Origin: Octopus sinensis | Lineage: Eukaryota | Assembly: GCF_006345805.1 (NCBI RefSeq) | Contig: NC_043002.1 | Span: forward strand, 76,880,001 to 76,944,000 | Direction of reading: 5' to 3' | Length of the DNA stretch: 64,000 nucleotides | Part shown: in pieces, positions 12,175-23,202 of the stretch | How positions within the stretch are numbered: the stretch's first letter is position 1 | Layout: each line of letters begins with the position of its first letter | Notes under the pieces: model-generated | Databases searched by the model: none | What the model was told of the DNA's origin: nothing | Seen by the model: only the letters and a program-made list of their open reading frames with translations | Position numbers and translations under genes: made by a program

Positions 12175-12445
12175 AAGCTGCTTGACTCAGTGGTTAGAGC
12201 GTTGGACTTACAATCATGAGGTCATGAGTTCCATTCCTGAACCAAGCTATGTGTTGTGTTTTTGAGTAAGACACTTTATTTCATGTTGCTCCAGTTCACT
12301 CAGCTGTAGAAATGAGTTGTGACATATCTGCCTTTCCCTTGGATAACATCAGTGGTGTGGCAAATGGAGACTGGTATACATGGGCGACTGCTGGTCTTCC
12401 ACAAACAACTTTGGTTGAACTTGTGCTTTGGAGGGGAACTTTCAG
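12175..12445 (+). mobile_element. SINE family C copy (left arm of fold-back)
   Basis: Head CTCAGTGGTTAGAGCGTTGGACTTACAATCATGAGG...GAGTTCCATTCC, core TTGTGTTTTTGAGTAAGACACTTTATTTCATGTTGCTCCAGTTCACTCAGCTG. Confidence 0.85.
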
Positions 12446-12680
12446 CAGTCACCCATGCATACCAGCCTCCCCTCTCCACACCACTGATATTAACCAAGGG
12501 AAAGGCAAAGGCAGATACAGCTTGGCACCAGTGATGTCGCAACTCATTTCAACAGCTGAGTGAACTGGCGCAATATAAAATAAAGTTTCTTGCTCAAGAT
12601 CACAATACACAGCCTAGTCCAGGAATCGAACTCACTACTTCATGATTGTGAGATTTACATTCTAACCATTGAACCATTCC
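12446..12680 (-). mobile_element. SINE family C copy (right arm of fold-back)
   Basis: Reverse complement of 12175-12400, joined without a spacer. Confidence 0.85.
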
Positions 12681-12947
12681 CCTTTACTACTGAATAATAA
12701 CAATTATTTTACTAAACTCTTTGTTATTTTAAAAATAAGTTGAAATGAAGGCAATGTATGATGTAAGAGTTAAACTTTTGGCCTTGTGTCTTTGTTAGAA
12801 ATAAAATCTTTGTAAAGTACTGATACAATAAGTACATCTTATACACTATGCCTATATGTCTCAAAAAAAAAAATCTTCAATTAACTAGTGTGTGTTGCCT
12901 ACCATTAAGTAGTCATCAGAACATGGACTACCAACAAAAGCATTTTT

Positions 12948-13368
12948 TTACTCTTTTACTTGTTTCAGTCATTTGACTGCGGCCATGCTGGAGCACCACC
13001 TTTAGTCGAGCAAATCGACCCCAGGACTTATTCTTTGTAAGCTTAGTACTTATTCTATCGGTCTCTTTTTGCCGAACCGCTAAGTTATGGGGATGTAAAC
13101 ACACCAGCATCGGTTGTCAAGTGATGTTGGGGGGACAAACATAGACACACAACATGCACACACACACACACACACACATACACACACACATATATATACA
13201 TATATATATGACGGCTTCTTTCAGTTTATGTCTACCAAATCCACTCACAAGTCTTTGGTCAACCCGAGGCTATAATAGAAGACACTTGCCCAAGGTGCCA
13301 CGCAGTGGGACTGAACCCGGTACCATGTAGGTTGGTAAGCAAGCTACTTACCACACAGCCACTCATGC
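12948..13368 (-). mobile_element. Full-length SINE family A
   Basis: Same head, core and tail as 9996-10418. Confidence 0.9.
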
Positions 13369-13377
13369 ACCTACTGA

Positions 13378-13745
13378 AAAAAGATCAACTCAAAGAGCCA
13401 TGGAAAGGAAAATACTGAAGATTAACAAAATGGATAAGCGGAGACACAACAGAATATGAGTGACAACAGATTTAATGGATATTATCTGGAAAATAAAAAC
13501 TTTGTAATGTTCCTTCACAGGACATGTCTTTAGAAGAAAGGATGATTGCTGGAATAGAAAATTGACAGAGTGGACACCATGTTCAGAAAAATAGAGGGGA
13601 AGACTATGCAGAAGTTGGAATGAAGACTTTGTTGAATTCTTTGGCATCCAAATATGGATGAGGAAAACATCAGACCATGATTGGTGGTGAGAACATACTG
13701 AGGCCTTTGTCTGGCAGTGGACTGAACATGTGCAAGGATAATGAT
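13378..13745 (+). mobile_element. Decayed RTE LINE 3' end
   Basis: RSTQRAMERKILKI...FTGHVFRRKDDCWNRKLTEWTP...EAFVWQWT matches the RTE RT C-terminal pattern TQRAMER...AGHV.R..D.RW...EW.P. Confidence 0.75.
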
Positions 13746-14221
13746 ATATTAAAACAGAGAAATATAGAGTCTGTCTCTGATGATATATGTTGCAGTTTTC
13801 TGTTTTGAATTTGGATTTTTTTTTCCAGCTAATTTCAGCTTGGAAATGACAAGTCATGTTGATTAAACCCATATATATGTTATTTTAAATTTTATCGACA
13901 GCTTCTCTCATATCATTGAACAATTCACAGTTAACTGGATTAAATTTCATCTGTAAAATCAAAATTATCATTTCATTCACTTAAATTAATTGATGATGTT
14001 TAAGCTTGAAAGTCAGTCTTGATTGAACAGACCTACAATTAAAGGCAATCTATCCATGAACATCCTACCTTTTGGGGGGTTATGTGGGACTGCATTATCC
14101 AATGACTTCTTCCTTTCTTTAAAATAGTTAGATTTGTGATTTGAGGTGGGTGGAGAGAAATTTAATCGCTATTACTTGCCTTTGCCTGTTTGCTGGGAAA
14201 GCAGCCAGATAGAGACTGTCT

Positions 14222-14470
14222 TATTAATACTATTTACATGACATTCAGAGTGGTGTCCTTGTCTTGATTGTTGCTTTCATTACATTTTGGCTGTTGTATG
14301 TTCCAGCCTTCTTCAGGTGTCTTGTGTCAAACTCAGTTGTTGTATCAGATTTTGAACAACTGAGTTTGACACAAGACATCTGAAGAAGGCTGGAACATAC
14401 AACAGCCAAAATATAGTGAAAGCAATGTTCAAGATGAGGATACCCATCTGACTAGTGTAAATAGTATACA
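14222..14470. mobile_element. Palindromic Penelope-like pLTR remnant with mirror-image hammerhead-like motifs
   Basis: Arms 14222-14341 and 14355-14470 around a 13-nt loop. Each arm has CTGAAGA-A-GGCTG..CAGCC-AAAA. The right arm is homologous to 22940-23065. Confidence 0.7.
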
Positions 14471-15734
14471 TAATATAAATTCCTCATCTCAGAACTATAG
14501 AATTGTGTTAATGACTATCTTGTTGGTTCACGCTAAGCTATTATATACTGACGAACACTCCAACTTTTCCCTTTTTAGTTTTTAAATATTTTCTACCATT
14601 TTCTGTATTGTATGTAATGTGAGAACTGAAGGATGTTGGTGAGTTGCCTCTTTGTATGCAATAAAAAAGTTATAGGATGTTATTGTTTTTGTTGTTAAGC
14701 TCTAGGCCAGTCCTAACTGAGCTGTTGTACCAGCTATGACCATGATATACAATGTTAGCTAATAACCATGATATACAATGTTGGCTGAAATCTATTGACA
14801 TCCTCTGTAGTACAACAGAGCATGTAATTTTCATGTATAAATAACAATATCCAGAACTTTGTTCAGGTTCAGAATGCAGCAACAGTCATTGTTATTTAAA
14901 TTCCAATGAGGATTATTTCTTTCTTAGTGATTAGTGCTTGTAAAAGAGATATTTCGAGAATAAAAACAAAAATAACACTCGTACAAATGCACACATACAC
15001 ACACTTGTGCACACATGCTTTATAACAGGTTGGTTCCACCATAATTGTTTTGATGACTAAATACATTTGATACCAGAAAGCTGATCAGATGACAGGTAAC
15101 AATAAATGGTGAGTGGATGGCGGGGAGGTGGAGTGGAGAGGAAAAAAAACTTCATCATTTAATCAAGGTAGTGGTTATTGAGGATGGGTGATAAGAGAGA
15201 GCTTTTATGAACAGTTGCCACAGCTTGCAAACTACTGAATTAAATGCAATAAATAAATAAAGAAGTTAATAAATAAACTAGATTATGCATGATTTATGAG
15301 TGCATCATGAATGATATTGTAATATCTGTTTTGTCCAATTATACTTCCAACAGCAGCAGCAGGGAGTCAGCCAAGGTTAAAATTAGGGGCTGCATATCTA
15401 TCTGTTTTAAACTTAACCCGTGGATATTCATGTGCAATTGTTGCTATGCTCTGGTTGTTTCTAGATGAGCACCCCAATATATTTTAAATTATGTTTATTG
15501 ATAGCAATTATTTCAGTAACCGCTTAACATGACAAGTTCTGATTAAAGTTTACACTTGTCTTTTTTGCTATTAAGCACCTTCTCATGTTTTGCAATCGGG
15601 ACAGGAGTTAATATTTGATTGGTACAGTTGGAAGTTGAACATAAAGGATAGATCATATTTCTACTAGAGTGATAGACAGTGTTTACATGTACACACACAT
15701 GTATGTGTAAATGTGTGTGCAAACACACACAAAA

Positions 15735-16285
15735 TCATCATCATCATCATCATCATTTAATGTCCATTCTCCATGCTAGCATGGGTTGGACGGTTCAACT
15801 GGGGATCTTGGAAGCCAGAAGGCTGCACCAAGCTCCAGTCTGATCTGGCAGTGTTTCTACAGCTGGATGCCCTTCCTAACGCCAACCACTCCATGAGTGT
15901 AGTTGGTGCTTTTTACATGCCACCAGCACAGGTGCCAGGCGAGGCTGGCAACAGCCACGATCAGATTGGTGCTTTTTATATGCCATCAGCACGGAAGTCA
16001 GTCAAGGCGGTGCTGGCATCGGCCACGTTCGGATGGTGCTTTTTACGTGCCACCAGCACAGGGATCACAACTGCAGTTTCCATTGATTTTTGATGTTGGT
16101 GTCCTTGACTCAATGGATCTCCTCAAGCACAGGGTCAAAACAGTGTTTCTTTACTTGCCACCTGTACAGGAGTCAATCCAGTGGCCTTGGCAACTGCCGG
16201 GTGCCAGTCATAGGATTGGTTCAATTTCGAATTCGATTTCGACTTCGCTTGCCTCAACAGGTTTTCGTGTGTCCAAGGGAGGAAT
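15735..16285 (-). mobile_element. Family B repeat with internal GTGCTTTTTACGTGCCACC modules and an RTE-like 5' extension
   Basis: (CAT)n tail, GGATGCCCTTCCTAACGCCAACCACTCC, four to five modules, CTCCTCAAGCACAGGG. Confidence 0.85.
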
Positions 16286-16472
16286 GAATGAGTTTATTTC
16301 TTTAGGGTTTCCTTATCATCTTTTACGGAAATTTGTTTTTGCTTTTGAGTTTCTTTTAGCATTTTTAATATGACTAATAAGAGAAAGAGAGATAGACAGA
16401 CAGAGAGAGAAAGAGGGAGATAGAAAGAGAGGAAGAGAGACTGATTTAAGATATAGAAAAAGATCAACATCA

Positions 16473-16685
16473 CCCCTTTAGCATTTAGATTACCTGGTCA
16501 AACAATGCTTATATATTGAAATTTATTAATCATGCATTATCTTGTAACTTCAAGATTTTGATGATATGTTAGTAAATTTTTGAATAACATTGTAGGGTAG
16601 GTGTGAAAGGCTGGATTTGACCTGTTTGAACATAAAACAAATAGAATATTTTGGTCATATATAAATTGCTTTAAATGTCAAAGGG
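16473..16685. mobile_element. TTAA-type MITE family P1
   Basis: CCCTTTAGCATTTAGA...TTTAAATGTCAAAGGG|TTAA. Confidence 0.65.
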
Positions 16686-16934
16686 TTAAAATGTAAATTT
16701 TGCTAATAATATTATTCTAGTAGTCCTTGATTAAATATCTTTTATAATCTTTTTAGTGTGCAATCAAATTTTCAGCCTTAAATCATTGTAATTGTTTGGA
16801 GTGTGATCAAAGAAATCTTCCACTCTTGTCAATAAACACAGATGGATATAGAAACTCATGAATACAATCAAACATGATATGAAAACAAGTGACATTCAAT
16901 AACAAATGCATATACATCTTGCAGTAATACATTT

Positions 16935-17107
16935 CTGTAGAGACCACACCAAATCCGACAATGGAACCTAGTGCTGGAACACTTTTCTGGCTTGCCATCT
17001 CCTATCAAACCATTCACTCCATGCATACATGGATGACAGATGTTAAATGACGATGATGATGATGAGGACAATGATAATGATGATGTTGATGATGATGATG
17101 ATGACGA
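16935..17107 (+). mobile_element. Family B 3' fragment
   Basis: CCATGCATACATGGATGACAGATGTTAAATGACGATGATGAT. Confidence 0.65.
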
Positions 17108-17516
17108 CCCCCCATTCAATGCTCATTAATGGATAAGTCTAATCATTCTTATCATAAGGCTTTCATAGACTTGTCTTTAATATCCTCTGCCTGGACTAAC
17201 TTATTTGTGTGCATGCTGCTTTTCTTAGACATGGCAGCTTGTTTTTCATGTGCTGTCTCTGAGCCAGAGAGTGAACTATATGAAAATTACTCATCTTTCT
17301 AGAAATAGCAACCAAAATCTCCCTAACATCTCTCTTAAAAAGTAGTTCTAGATTCATGATACATTATCTGAAAAAAAAAATACGTGATTTAATTATTTTA
17401 TATCTCAATTTGTAAACGATTTTGTAATTGGTTAAAAGTTTCCAACAAATCAATCCCTAGTTCACTACGTTTGGACGTTTTGGTTTCTCACTATGGAAAA
17501 TTGTATCCTTTTTATA

Positions 17517-18380
17517 CAGGGTGTGGCGAATAAACTGTTATCTAATTTACCCAAAAATGAAAATAACACTGACATCTCATTTAACAGATATATATTTGAA
17601 ATACTACTGAGTAAATTTATTCAATACAATCTCTATTGGCTTCAACCACAGTCTCCAGACAACTTTGGAATCTCCTGCAACTCTTCTGGATGATCTCCTT
17701 GTTTAAGTTGATGAATGCTGTCATAATCCTTGCCTTCAGTTCATCTTTGGTGTTACAAGGAGTTTTGTTGGTCTCTCACTCAGCTGTGCCCTACACATAA
17801 TAATCAGGGGATTGCAGTCTGGGGAGTTAGGTGATCGGATGTTAGGTGAGGTGGTCACAGAAATTGTCTGACAGCCACAACTGGGTTCTCCTGCTTGTGT
17901 GGCATGGTAAAGAGTCCTGTTGCCAGACCCACAGTTTTCCAGCAGCCACCCTCTTGACCCAGGGTAGCACTACCTCCTCTAGGCACTTGATGTAGGCCTT
18001 TGTGTTGAGTCTGAGGCCGTGTGGGAAGATGAACGGAGGCATAACGTTGCCATCACTAGTGACCACTCCAAACATCATGATGCTGACTGGATATTTGATT
18101 TTTATCACTCTTGGTACATGTCCTCAGATTGCACTGTACTCAGATTGACACTCAACACACTCTGAAATGTTCATATTGGAGCTTCTGGTGCGAATACCAA
18201 GCAGTATAACATATTATTTCCAAATTTCTGGCAGAGTAAATTGTATCATGGTGCTGTTTTTCTCACAGACAGTGCTCAAATGACCCTACTATACTGTGTA
18301 GTCAAGAAAATCAAAAACAAACAATGCTCATGAATGAAATTAAAAATATGAAATGGTGACAATTTACCCATCACACCCTG
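17517..18380 (-). mobile_element. Internally deleted DD37D (maT-like) transposon
   Basis: TIRs CAGGGTGTGGCGAATAAACTGT / ACAATTTACCCATCACACCCTG with TA on both sides. The ORF reads SIMMFGVVTSDGNVMPPFIFP...WQQDSLPCHTSRRTQLWLSDNF, then PNSPDCNPL after a frameshift. Confidence 0.85.
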
Positions 18381-18398
18381 TACACACACACACATACA

Positions 18399-18980
18399 CA
18401 GGGTGACCCCCACAAAAAAACAGAACCCATAAAAATTTTATTAAATACTACAAAGGTCCAGCAAATTTCTTAAAATTTGTTGGAGTCAAACTTTGGTCTG
18501 TTTATGATCACACCCTTCGCAAAAAAGTCATGTTCTTCTCAAAATATGCTTCAAATGGCCTCTGTATCATTGGAGGCCCGCTTGCATACGTCACACAAAA
18601 TTGTCAGTTACTCAAACACATTCCTTTTTGGGACATTCCTCTTTGCTGTGATTGCTGCCTTCAGTTCACCATTTGTTTGAGGGTTGTTCTGGTAAATATT
18701 ATCCTTAAGATACCTCCACTGATAAAAATTTAGGTGGGGTTCAAGTCCAGCAAATGTGGTGCCCACTCAACATCACACTTCCTGCTAATTAGTCTCTCCT
18801 GAAATCACTCTCTCAGCCAAGCTAGGGAATCATTTGATGCATGGAGGATGGCCCCGTCTTGCTGGAATCACTGTTTATCTCAATTTACCCCAATGCATCA
18901 TCCCAGTGATACCCAGAACTTCCTCAGCACTGCCAAGATTTGTGGGTTCTGTTTTTTGTGGGGGGGGGGGGGTCACCTTG
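18399..18980 (-). mobile_element. Internally deleted DD41D (rosa-like) transposon
   Basis: TIRs CAGGGTGACCCCCACAAAAAAACAGAACCCA / TGGGTTCTGTTTTTTGTGGG...GTCACCTTG|TA. Remnant FQQDGAILHASNDSLAWLRE*FQERLISRKCDVEWAPHLLDLNP. Confidence 0.85.
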
Positions 18981-19094
18981 TATCATTCAATTCTAGGATT
19001 CATTAGAATATAGATATTTCAACATGCAAGATGCTAGAACAGTCAAAGAATATGAGTACAATCAGACAAACACAAATACATATACGTACATAAA

Positions 19095-19130
<36 letters not shown>

Positions 19131-19168
19131 CCTTAAACACACACACACACACATATATATGTATATAT

Positions 19169-19238
<70 letters not shown>

Positions 19239-19280
19239 CCTTAAACACACATATATATGTATATATATATATATATATAT

Positions 19281-19362
19281 AAATAAATGAAAGAATGGAG
19301 TTGAACGACGAATTAACAAGATTCCTTTAATTCGTCGTTCAACTCCATTCTTTCATTTATTT
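19281..19362. repeat. Perfect 36-bp hairpin with 10-nt loop
   Basis: AAATAAATGAAAGAATGGAGTTGAACGACGAATTAA-caagattcct-TTAATTCGTCGTTCAACTCCATTCTTTCATTTATTT. Confidence 0.95.
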
Positions 19363-19508
19363 GTATTTAAAAAAACACACAAATTTCCACACGAAAGCAT
19401 GTGATCTCTGCCCTAGGCATGTAGCGTCAACCGTGTTTTTCTGACGTGAATTTGCTACCCAGGTATCGGTTAACCGAATTATACATAATAAGATAATTCA
19501 TTCAACTA

Positions 19509-19560
<52 letters not shown>

Positions 19561-19562
19561 AT

Positions 19563-19975
19563 ATCATCATCATCATCATCATCGTTTAACGTCCACTTTC
19601 CATGCTAGCATGGGTTGGACGATTTGACTGAAGTCTGGTGAACCAGATGGCTGCACCAGACTCCAATCTGATCTGGCAGAGTTTCTACAGCTGGTTGCCC
19701 TTCCTAATGCCAACCACTCCGGGAGTGTAGTGGGTGCTTTTATGTGCCACCGGCATGAGGGCCAGTCAGGCGGTACTGGCAATGGCCATGCTCAAATGGT
19801 GCCTTTTATGTGCCACCTACACAGGAGCCAGTCCAGCGGCACTGGCAACGACTTCACTCAAATGTTTTTTCACGTGCCACCAGCACAAGTGCTAGTAAGG
19901 CGATGCAGGTAACGATCACACTCGAATGGTGTTTTTAATGTGCCATTGGCTTGGAGGCCAGCTTGTTGCTCTGGC
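19563..19975 (-). mobile_element. Family B repeat
   Basis: (CAT)n-CGTTTAACGTCCACTTTCCATGCTAGCATGGGTTGGACG plus internal modules. Confidence 0.85.
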
Positions 19976-20356
19976 CCATATACATACATACATACATACA
20001 TACATACATACACACACATATATATACGGCCTTACATACTCACACACATGTATATGTATATATATATATATATATACACACATACATATACAAGCACTGA
20101 CACATATACATATGTATGCACTGTACATATACAAATATATACACACATACGTACCTTATACAGTGTAAGTTGTAGATCCTATCTTGAAATTGTCCCAGGA
20201 ATGGTGTTTGTATAAAAGAAGAACACAAGTGGAGTTTAAGAGTTTAAGAATTCCCAACAGCTGTTTCAACAGCATTTTTTATTGATGAATCCTTTGATTA
20301 CCTCAATTACATCATGTTAAAAAAATCTGCCTTCAAGTAATTTTGAACAAATATAC

Positions 20357-20776
20357 AGGGGCCGGAGTGGCTGTGTGGTAAGTAGCTTGCTTACTAACTA
20401 CATGATTCCTGGTTCAGTCCCACTGCATGGCATCTTGGGCAAGTGTCTTCTACTATAGTCTCGGGCTGACCAAAGCTTTGTGACTGGATTTGGTAGATGG
20501 AAACTGAAAGAAGCCTGCCATATATATGTATATATATGTATGTGTGTGTGTGTGTGTCTGTGTGTTTGTGTGTGTTTGTGTGTCTGTGATTGTCCCTGCC
20601 AACATCACTTGACATGCGATGCTGGCGTGTTTACGTACCTGTAACTTAGTGGTTCGGCAAAAAGACACCAATAGAATAAGTACAAGGCTTACAAAGAATA
20701 ACATCTGGGGACGATTTGCTCGACTAAAAGGTGGTGCTGCAGCATGGCCGCAGTGAAATGACAGAAAAGAATAAAA
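20357..20776 (+). mobile_element. Full-length SINE family A
   Basis: GGAGTGGCTGTGTGGTAAGTAGCTTGCTTAC...GGTTCAGTCCCACTGC...CAGCATGGCCGCAGTGAAATGACAGAAAAGAATAAAA. Confidence 0.9.
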
Positions 20777-21419
20777 TAATCATTTAGGAATTTAGAGAAT
20801 TTGAATTGATTTACATGTTAAATGTTTAGCAACACAAATGAATTTGCTAAAAAAAATTATTGAATTTAAGCGGGTGTTTATGACATTCTAAGGGTAGTGG
20901 TCAGAAGCTATAAAATTTCACAGATCGTTATCATGGCTATTTATAGGTCCAGTGTAGACAAAAAAAAAAAGGAATCAGAGAGAGTAAGAGGAACTGCGAT
21001 GAAACATTATCATAATATAAATAACCAAAGTTTTAACACATGCACACACACATGCATAGGGCATGTATACACACACACGCACATACACACACACACATAT
21101 ATATATATACACATACACACACACATATACACAGATGATCACGGGTTCACACTGGCATAAATTACAATAGAGCAAAATAAGTATTTAATGATAAGTTTTG
21201 GTGCTCAAATGCAAGAGGATTGGAAATGAGAAAATCTTAACAGTTATTCACTCAGACTCAGCTTTGAATAAATATTGTGCATATGTGTGTGTGTGTGTGT
21301 GTGTGGTATGTTGTGTCTCCTTGTTTTAACTTCACAATGTTTTTAATGTCATTTGTTTCTAATATTCTACATAAGCATGTCTGCCCATGAGGAAATATTT
21401 TATTTATTTATTTATGCAC

Positions 21420-21690
21420 CTTTTTCAAGCCTAGCCAGGCTCATGGGTTCAGTTTCCCGGTTTCTGTGGCGTATGTGTTCCCCCCAGCTGGATGGAACAC
21501 CAGTCCATCGCAGCGTTACTCAAGAAACAGGAAGAAAGAGTTAGAGAAAGTTGAGGCGAAAGAGTACAACTCGTGGAGCTTTAGGTGGTTTCCCTCAATA
21601 AATACACACAACGCTCAGTCTGGGAATCGAAACTGCGATCCTCCGACTGCGAGTTCAATGCCCTAACCACTGGACCATTGCACCTCCACA
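21420..21690 (-). mobile_element. SINE family C variant
   Basis: Head ...GGGAATCGAAACTGCGATCC...CCCTAACCACTGGACCATTGC. The 3' part matches 26480-26570. Confidence 0.75.
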
Positions 21691-21696
21691 TGAGGA

Positions 21697-21868
21697 AATA
21701 TTGCCTTGCCTGAAAACAGGTATGGGTTGGCCTCAGGAAGGGCATCCAGCTGTAAAAGAATTTTGCCTAAATAGCTCCATCTGACCCATGCAAGCATGAA
21801 AAAATGGATGTTAAAACAACAATGATGATAACAACGACGATGACGATGATGACGGTGACGATGATAAT
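21697..21868 (+). mobile_element. Family B variant 3' end
   Basis: CAGGAAGGGCATCCAGCTGTAAAA...GACCCATGCAAGCATGAAAAAATGGATGTTAAAAC(GAT)n. Confidence 0.75.
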
Positions 21869-22373
21869 AAAAAGAAAATCGTACAAACACACAGAGAAAA
21901 CCACTCCAAAATATCAGGTTTCATTTCTCTTTTTTAAACATAAAACCAAAATACACAACACTATCAAATACCAGCAAAACGTTTAACATTTTAAAACATC
22001 CATCAACTATTTAAAGAAAATAAATAACTAACTAAAGAAAACTTCCTATAAAATAATTACACAATCCATACTTGAATACACAAACACTATTTTTATACTT
22101 GTTGATTTCAGACAAATACATCGGTGACAAACAATTTAAATGAATGCTTGAGAAACTATACAAATGTTGTGCAATGCATTGCTTTGTGGAAACTCAACAA
22201 ACAACATCTGCACCAAGAAACACATACAGTGAGTTCAATTCAACTGTGCCGCACATCAAGTAGATATATTTCTTTCTTTTCTTTTTTTTTGCCCACAGGG
22301 ATATAACGTAATGGTTAACAGCACAGGTTACTAACCCCAAGATTCCCAGTTCAGTTCTAGGCAGTGCCTTGAC

Positions 22374-22436
<63 letters not shown>

Positions 22437-22443
22437 TAATAAT

Positions 22444-22813
22444 AGAAATCAGCAAAATGTGGAACCTGAAGACTAAAACAATACCTGTTGTCATAGGTGC
22501 CCTGGGAATGATTGCTACCTAACTCAGATACCAGGAAACCCAAAAATGGCAGAAATTCAAAAGATAGTGCTCATGGGAACTGCTCATATCCTACGCAAAA
22601 TACTTTCTATGTAATCTCAGGGTTTAAAACAAACATAATTTTCTTTATTTTTTCTTGTTTTTTTTGGACATTCACTAGTACAACACCAAAAAAAACCCCC
22701 AAATATATGGCACACTAGGCATAACAACAACATGAACTTCCAACCTGTTGTCTCTTGAGGTCTCTGGGTGAGACTTGGAGCCAACTTGTACACATATAAA
22801 GCAAAAGTCAAAC

Positions 22814-22817
<4 letters not shown>
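22444..22817 (+). mobile_element. 5'-truncated R4/Dong-type RLE non-LTR retrotransposon inside (TAA)n
   Basis: EISKMWNLKTKTIPVVIGALGM../YLTQIPGNPKMAEIQKIVLMGTAHILRKILSM* followed by a 3' UTR. (TAA)n lies on both sides (22373-22443, 22818-22870), and TAA repeats are the known Dong target. Confidence 0.8.
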
Positions 22818-22873
<56 letters not shown>

Positions 22874-22879
22874 GAATAA

Positions 22880-23065
22880 TAACATCAGCAGAAAAATACC
22901 TTAAGAATGAGAACCCAGGGTAGGGTTCAAAGTTCCACCAGGACACCTGATGAAAGCTGGAGAGTAAATCAGCTGAAACATTGTGCTAACAACAAACAAG
23001 ATGAGGACACATATCTGTCCAATGTAAATAATATACAGAATTCCTCATCTCTAAAATATAGAACA
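22880..23065 (+). mobile_element. Penelope-like pLTR fragment carrying a hammerhead motif
   Basis: CAC-CTGATGA-A-AGCTG(gagagtaaat)CAGCT-GAAA-CATT-GTG at 22944-22985. The downstream sequence is shared with 14415-14500. Confidence 0.7.
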
Positions 23066-23202
23066 GATATATTTCTATCAGAGCTTCTAGTTGACCAATA
23101 CTTACTTATTGGGCTGCTGTTGACTTCCTAAATGGTGCAGATTTTCTGTTTTCTGCCATCAGAGACATTTCTCTACCTCAGATGAGAAAGTCTTAATCAG
23201 AA

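Noticed and set aside
12175-12250. tRNA gene-like heads of SINE families A and C
   Set aside because: They have A/B-box-like motifs but no complete cloverleaf and run straight into SINE cores, so they are not tRNA genes.
13390-13872. 160-aa minus-strand ORF
   Set aside because: It is antisense to a decayed RTE 3' end and shows no protein-family signature.
15900-16200. Regularly spaced GTGCTTTTTACGTGCCACC motifs resembling a CRISPR array
   Set aside because: The context is eukaryotic, the spacers are mutually related and are conserved among dispersed copies, and no cas genes are present. These are retroelement UTR modules.
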